64,000 nucleotides of DNA from Enterobacter phage vB_ExiM_F4M1E: the sequence record OL744216.1. One strand, written 5' to 3'. A model generated the notes under the pieces. That model was not told the origin of the DNA. It searched no databases and was given only the letters and a program-made list of their open reading frames with translations. This document shows, in pieces, positions 61,811 to 64,000 of this stretch. Position 1 is the stretch's first letter. Every line of letters starts with the position of its first letter. The position numbers and the translations under genes are program-made.

Positions 61811-61835
61811 TACAAAAATACCGCCCGAAGGCGGT
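61811..61835 (-). terminator. rho-independent terminator ending the right minus-strand block
   Basis: ACCGCC-cgaa-GGCGGT stem, T-run on minus strand. Confidence 0.7.
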
Positions 61836-62207
61836 TTATGGTTGGTATGGATCGTGGTAGTAATCCAGGTGGGACAGAGAGTTTCTGAGCACGGTCATAT
61901 GGATACCTGTCCATTCCGACTGTGTGGTGGGGTAATTGGCAACCCAATCCTGAAGACGTGCTTTCAGGACCGGATACTCAACACCGACCTTACCGTGTTT
62001 GGTTCGACACATCACAATACTGTGGCACAGTTGTCGATAGGCGGTCTCCCGCTCCAACCTGGCGACATACTCCTCGTTGCCTCTCTTCATACGGGCAATC
62101 TCCGCATTGAGTTTACGGCGCTCCCGGAGGTCAGCGCTCCACAGGTGAGCCACGGTAGGCGCAGTTTGGATGTAAGTGATGTGCCTCTTTGGCGTGGGTC
62201 CGTACAT
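61836..62207 (-). CDS. hypothetical protein (start MYGPTPKR)
   Basis: AGAGGAACACC RBS. Confidence 0.5.
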   Translation of the reverse strand: MYGPTPKRHITYIQTAPTVAHLWSADLRERRKLNAEIARMKRGNEEYVARLERETAYRQLCHSIVMCRTKHGKVGVEYPVLKARLQDWVANYPTTQSEWTGIHMTVLRNSLSHLDYYHDPYQP

Positions 62208-62289
62208 AGGTGTTCCTCTTTGGTATGTTTTGGAATATGTGGGGAGTATACGGGAGTTTTGGGAAGAGGTCAAGGGCCTTTCGGCCCTT

Positions 62290-62595
62290 TTATACGATTT
62301 CGAAGGATTTTCGGAACAGGTTCATGTGGTCATTGAGGAATACCCATGTGGCACTGTCTCCCTGCTCATAATCGTCGTTGTACACAACCACGACATCATA
62401 TGGTGGGAATTTCTCAGCGTATGTGGTGGTCCGGAACCTGTAGACCTGCCCAACCTGGAATCCATGCCCGTTGTGCTCAAGGCACCGGGCAACCCCGAAC
62501 TCCGGCACCGGGAAGTAGAGTTGCCTCCACTCGGGCCTCCTGGGCCGGGCCTTCAGGTTCCACCGGGTAGCAAGTTTGCACGGGATTCGACTCAT
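62290..62595 (-). CDS. hypothetical protein (start MSRIPCKL)
   Basis: GAGGACTACC RBS. Confidence 0.45.
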   Translation of the reverse strand: MSRIPCKLATRWNLKARPRRPEWRQLYFPVPEFGVARCLEHNGHGFQVGQVYRFRTTTYAEKFPPYDVVVVYNDDYEQGDSATWVFLNDHMNLFRKSFEIV

Positions 62596-62849
62596 AGGTA
62601 GTCCTCTAAAATTTGGAGATACCATCCAGACAGGTCCGGGCGTAACGGGTTTATTGGGCCATCATCGTGGATAAGGTAGATGACACCATCTGTGCCCTCG
62701 AAGATACGTAGGCCACAGTCTACCGCCAGATAGCGGATCTCCTTTTGGGTGTACCCATATTGTGGATAGAGCACACCAGTTTTTGGGCAGACCTCCTTAC
62801 TCATTGGATTCGGCCCCCGCCTGATAAGCGTCCCACAAATCCTCGACAT
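62592..62849 (-). CDS. hypothetical protein
   Basis: 85 aa, ATGA coupling. Confidence 0.45.
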   Translation of the reverse strand: MSRICGTLIRRGPNPMSKEVCPKTGVLYPQYGYTQKEIRYLAVDCGLRIFEGTDGVIYLIHDDGPINPLRPDLSGWYLQILEDYL

Positions 62850-62973
62850 ACTGCTTGTCCGGGTGGTCAGACGGCTCGTACCCGGTAAGGTCCTCGAAGA
62901 AGTCGTTGAACTTGTCTCGCAGGGTCCGGGGCGACCAATCAGGAACCCCGGTATAGTCTAAATCATAAGACAT
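62797..62973 (-). CDS. hypothetical acidic protein (start MSYDLDYT)
   Basis: TAGGAG RBS. Confidence 0.4.
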   Translation of the reverse strand: MSYDLDYTGVPDWSPRTLRDKFNDFFEDLTGYEPSDHPDKQYVEDLWDAYQAGAESNE

Positions 62974-62981
62974 AAAAACTC

Positions 62982-63302
62982 CTATAGGTTTCGGAAACCG
63001 TTGATGACGTGATCTCCCAATGCCCCGCCAACCCACAGTCGATAGAGGTTGTGCTCTCGACGCAGGACCTTTCCGTACACCGACATTCCCGGTTTGAACT
63101 CGTCGTACTTGTAGCCGTCCTCATCCTGATACCAGACACGGATAGTCAGACCCTTTTCCCAGCAGCGGTCCAAGAGGGCCATCTGGTAGGTATGAACATC
63201 ATTGAGGCCCTCCTTGAAGATGAGGTAATCGGTATACGAAAACGACGAATGCACGTTGAACCGGGTCGGCGCATCCGACGGATGAAAGTTTACAATATTC
63301 AC
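62982..63302 (-). CDS. hypothetical protein (GTG start)
   Basis: AAGGAG RBS then GTG. Confidence 0.45.
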   Translation of the reverse strand: MNIVNFHPSDAPTRFNVHSSFSYTDYLIFKEGLNDVHTYQMALLDRCWEKGLTIRVWYQDEDGYKYDEFKPGMSVYGKVLRREHNLYRLWVGGALGDHVINGFRNL

Positions 63303-63338
63303 AGGAACTCCTTAGTTATCAACAGGTTCGCCACATTT

Positions 63339-63530
63339 CTACAACACCGACGGGGGTGTGTAGTCGCATTCCAGCAAGGCCAAAAGCTGGTTCAGCTTCA
63401 GGTGCCCAGTGATTACGTGTTTCTCTTCCGACAAATCTTCTTTTGAAGTCAGGAAGACAACGGTGATCGGCAGCGAACGCTCACAGGACTGATAGAAGTG
63501 AGTCAGCACTTTGTCATTTCTCATCAGCAA
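63339..63530 (-). CDS. hypothetical protein
   Basis: 63 aa. Confidence 0.4.
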   Translation of the reverse strand: MLMRNDKVLTHFYQSCERSLPITVVFLTSKEDLSEEKHVITGHLKLNQLLALLECDYTPPSVL

Positions 63531-63730
63531 TCCCCCAGACGACGCATGAAGCTGGCTACATCATCTTCGTCCGCCGGGCGGACCGTGCAGGTCACCGGAA
63601 GGCTGCGGTTCCAGAAGCGAGCCGCCAGTGCCGCCGTGCGGTGGTTAAATGACAGCAACATAACGTCGCCATTACTGTCAACAACCACGTGGGGTAAGTT
63701 GAAAGTTTCTTCGCTTGGTGTGTAACTCAT
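63524..63730 (-). CDS. hypothetical protein
   Basis: 68 aa. Confidence 0.4.
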   Translation of the reverse strand: MSYTPSEETFNLPHVVVDSNGDVMLLSFNHRTAALAARFWNRSLPVTCTVRPADEDDVASFMRRLGDC

Positions 63731-63999
63731 TGTTTATCCTCCAATTCCGCCAATCGGGCGGTGTCTCGTGCGATACGTTCTTTGAGCAGGGCAATCTCCC
63801 GATCGCGGTGCTCCTCGTCTGTTGCCAGAGGGTACTCCACAACCAGTCCGGTAGACAGGATCTTCAGTTCGGTACGGTGCCCGTTAGCGTAGTGAATGAT
63901 GCGGGTCCCAGCCTTGTACATCTTCTCTAAATCCTTCATAGACCCTCCACAATGGTGCAGTACCCGGCGAAGATGAAGATCGACGCCAGCAGTGCCCAA
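63727..63999 (-). CDS. hypothetical protein, 5' end beyond window
   Basis: ORF open to window edge, coiled-coil-like. Confidence 0.4.
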   Translation of the reverse strand: MGTAGVDLHLRRVLHHCGGSMKDLEKMYKAGTRIIHYANGHRTELKILSTGLVVEYPLATDEEHRDREIALLKERIARDTARLAELEDKQ

Positions 64000-64000
64000 G

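Noticed and set aside
61094-62336. ORFs 61094-61333 (-), 61464-61742 (+), 61746-62336 (+)
   Set aside because: They lie in repeat-rich non-coding DNA or antisense to the RBS-supported minus-strand gene 61836-62207. No RBS.
1-64000. tRNA / tmRNA genes
   Set aside because: No cloverleaf with GTTCRA T-loop found by eye. The few GGTTCGA words lie inside coding sequence.
1-64000. Temperate-phage features (integrase, CI/Cro, attP)
   Set aside because: None recognisable. The dense replication module and strong early promoters argue for a virulent lifestyle.

Overview
Overall picture. This 64-kb window looks like part of a virulent tailed-phage (Caudoviricetes) genome infecting an enterobacterium. 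I found no integrase, repressor, tRNA or CRISPR array. It has four transcription blocks.

Block 1 (1-765, plus strand). The 3' end of a late tail-fibre/receptor-binding gene, closed by a bidirectional terminator at 767-800.

Block 2 (808-37007, minus strand, about 36 kb). A replication/nucleotide-metabolism module. It encodes an SSB ending in the E. coli SSB tail DDDIPF, a family-A DNA polymerase, a T7-gp4-like primase-helicase, a Dda/RecD-like SF1B helicase, a C5-cytosine methyltransferase, a 2OG-Fe(II) oxygenase, a macro-domain protein, a secreted SleB-like cell-wall hydrolase, an HNH nuclease, a LamG-like protein and dozens of small ORFs. It is broken by rho-independent terminators at 9161-9187, 13733-13760 and 21985-22012.

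Block 3 (37131-60275, plus strand). This block is transcribed divergently from block 2. The 37-kb promoter region carries a perfect palindrome, TCTCGATCGAGA. Block 3 opens with an HD-domain small alarmone (p)ppGpp hydrolase, then a MoxR AAA+ ATPase paired with a VWA/HExxH-metallopeptidase, then lipoproteins and small membrane proteins. From 49.0 to 60.3 kb it becomes a dense array of about 34 tiny genes. About 20 of them have a near-identical sigma70-type promoter, TTGAC-N-GGGGCC-loop-GGCCCC-(C/G/T)ATAAT. Most carry CA-rich leaders (ACCAAACAAAAGAGAG). Some promoters are followed by a CACATAGGGCG motif.

Flanking non-coding regions. The array is bracketed by two structured non-coding regions, 48.1-49.0 kb and 60.3-61.8 kb. 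They contain GGGTCTCGATCG iterons, ATTCTCAT-core boxes (two of which match the Fur-box core AATGATAATCATT), long inverted and direct repeats, and promoter/terminator pairs with no ORF. The second region lies between convergent terminators.

Block 4 (61836-64000, minus strand). Small genes of unknown function running off the window.

What is most unusual. The promoter-cassette gene array and its regulatory flanks stand out most. Next are the MoxR-VWA-peptidase operon, the alarmone hydrolase, the macro domain, and the methyltransferase/oxygenase pair.
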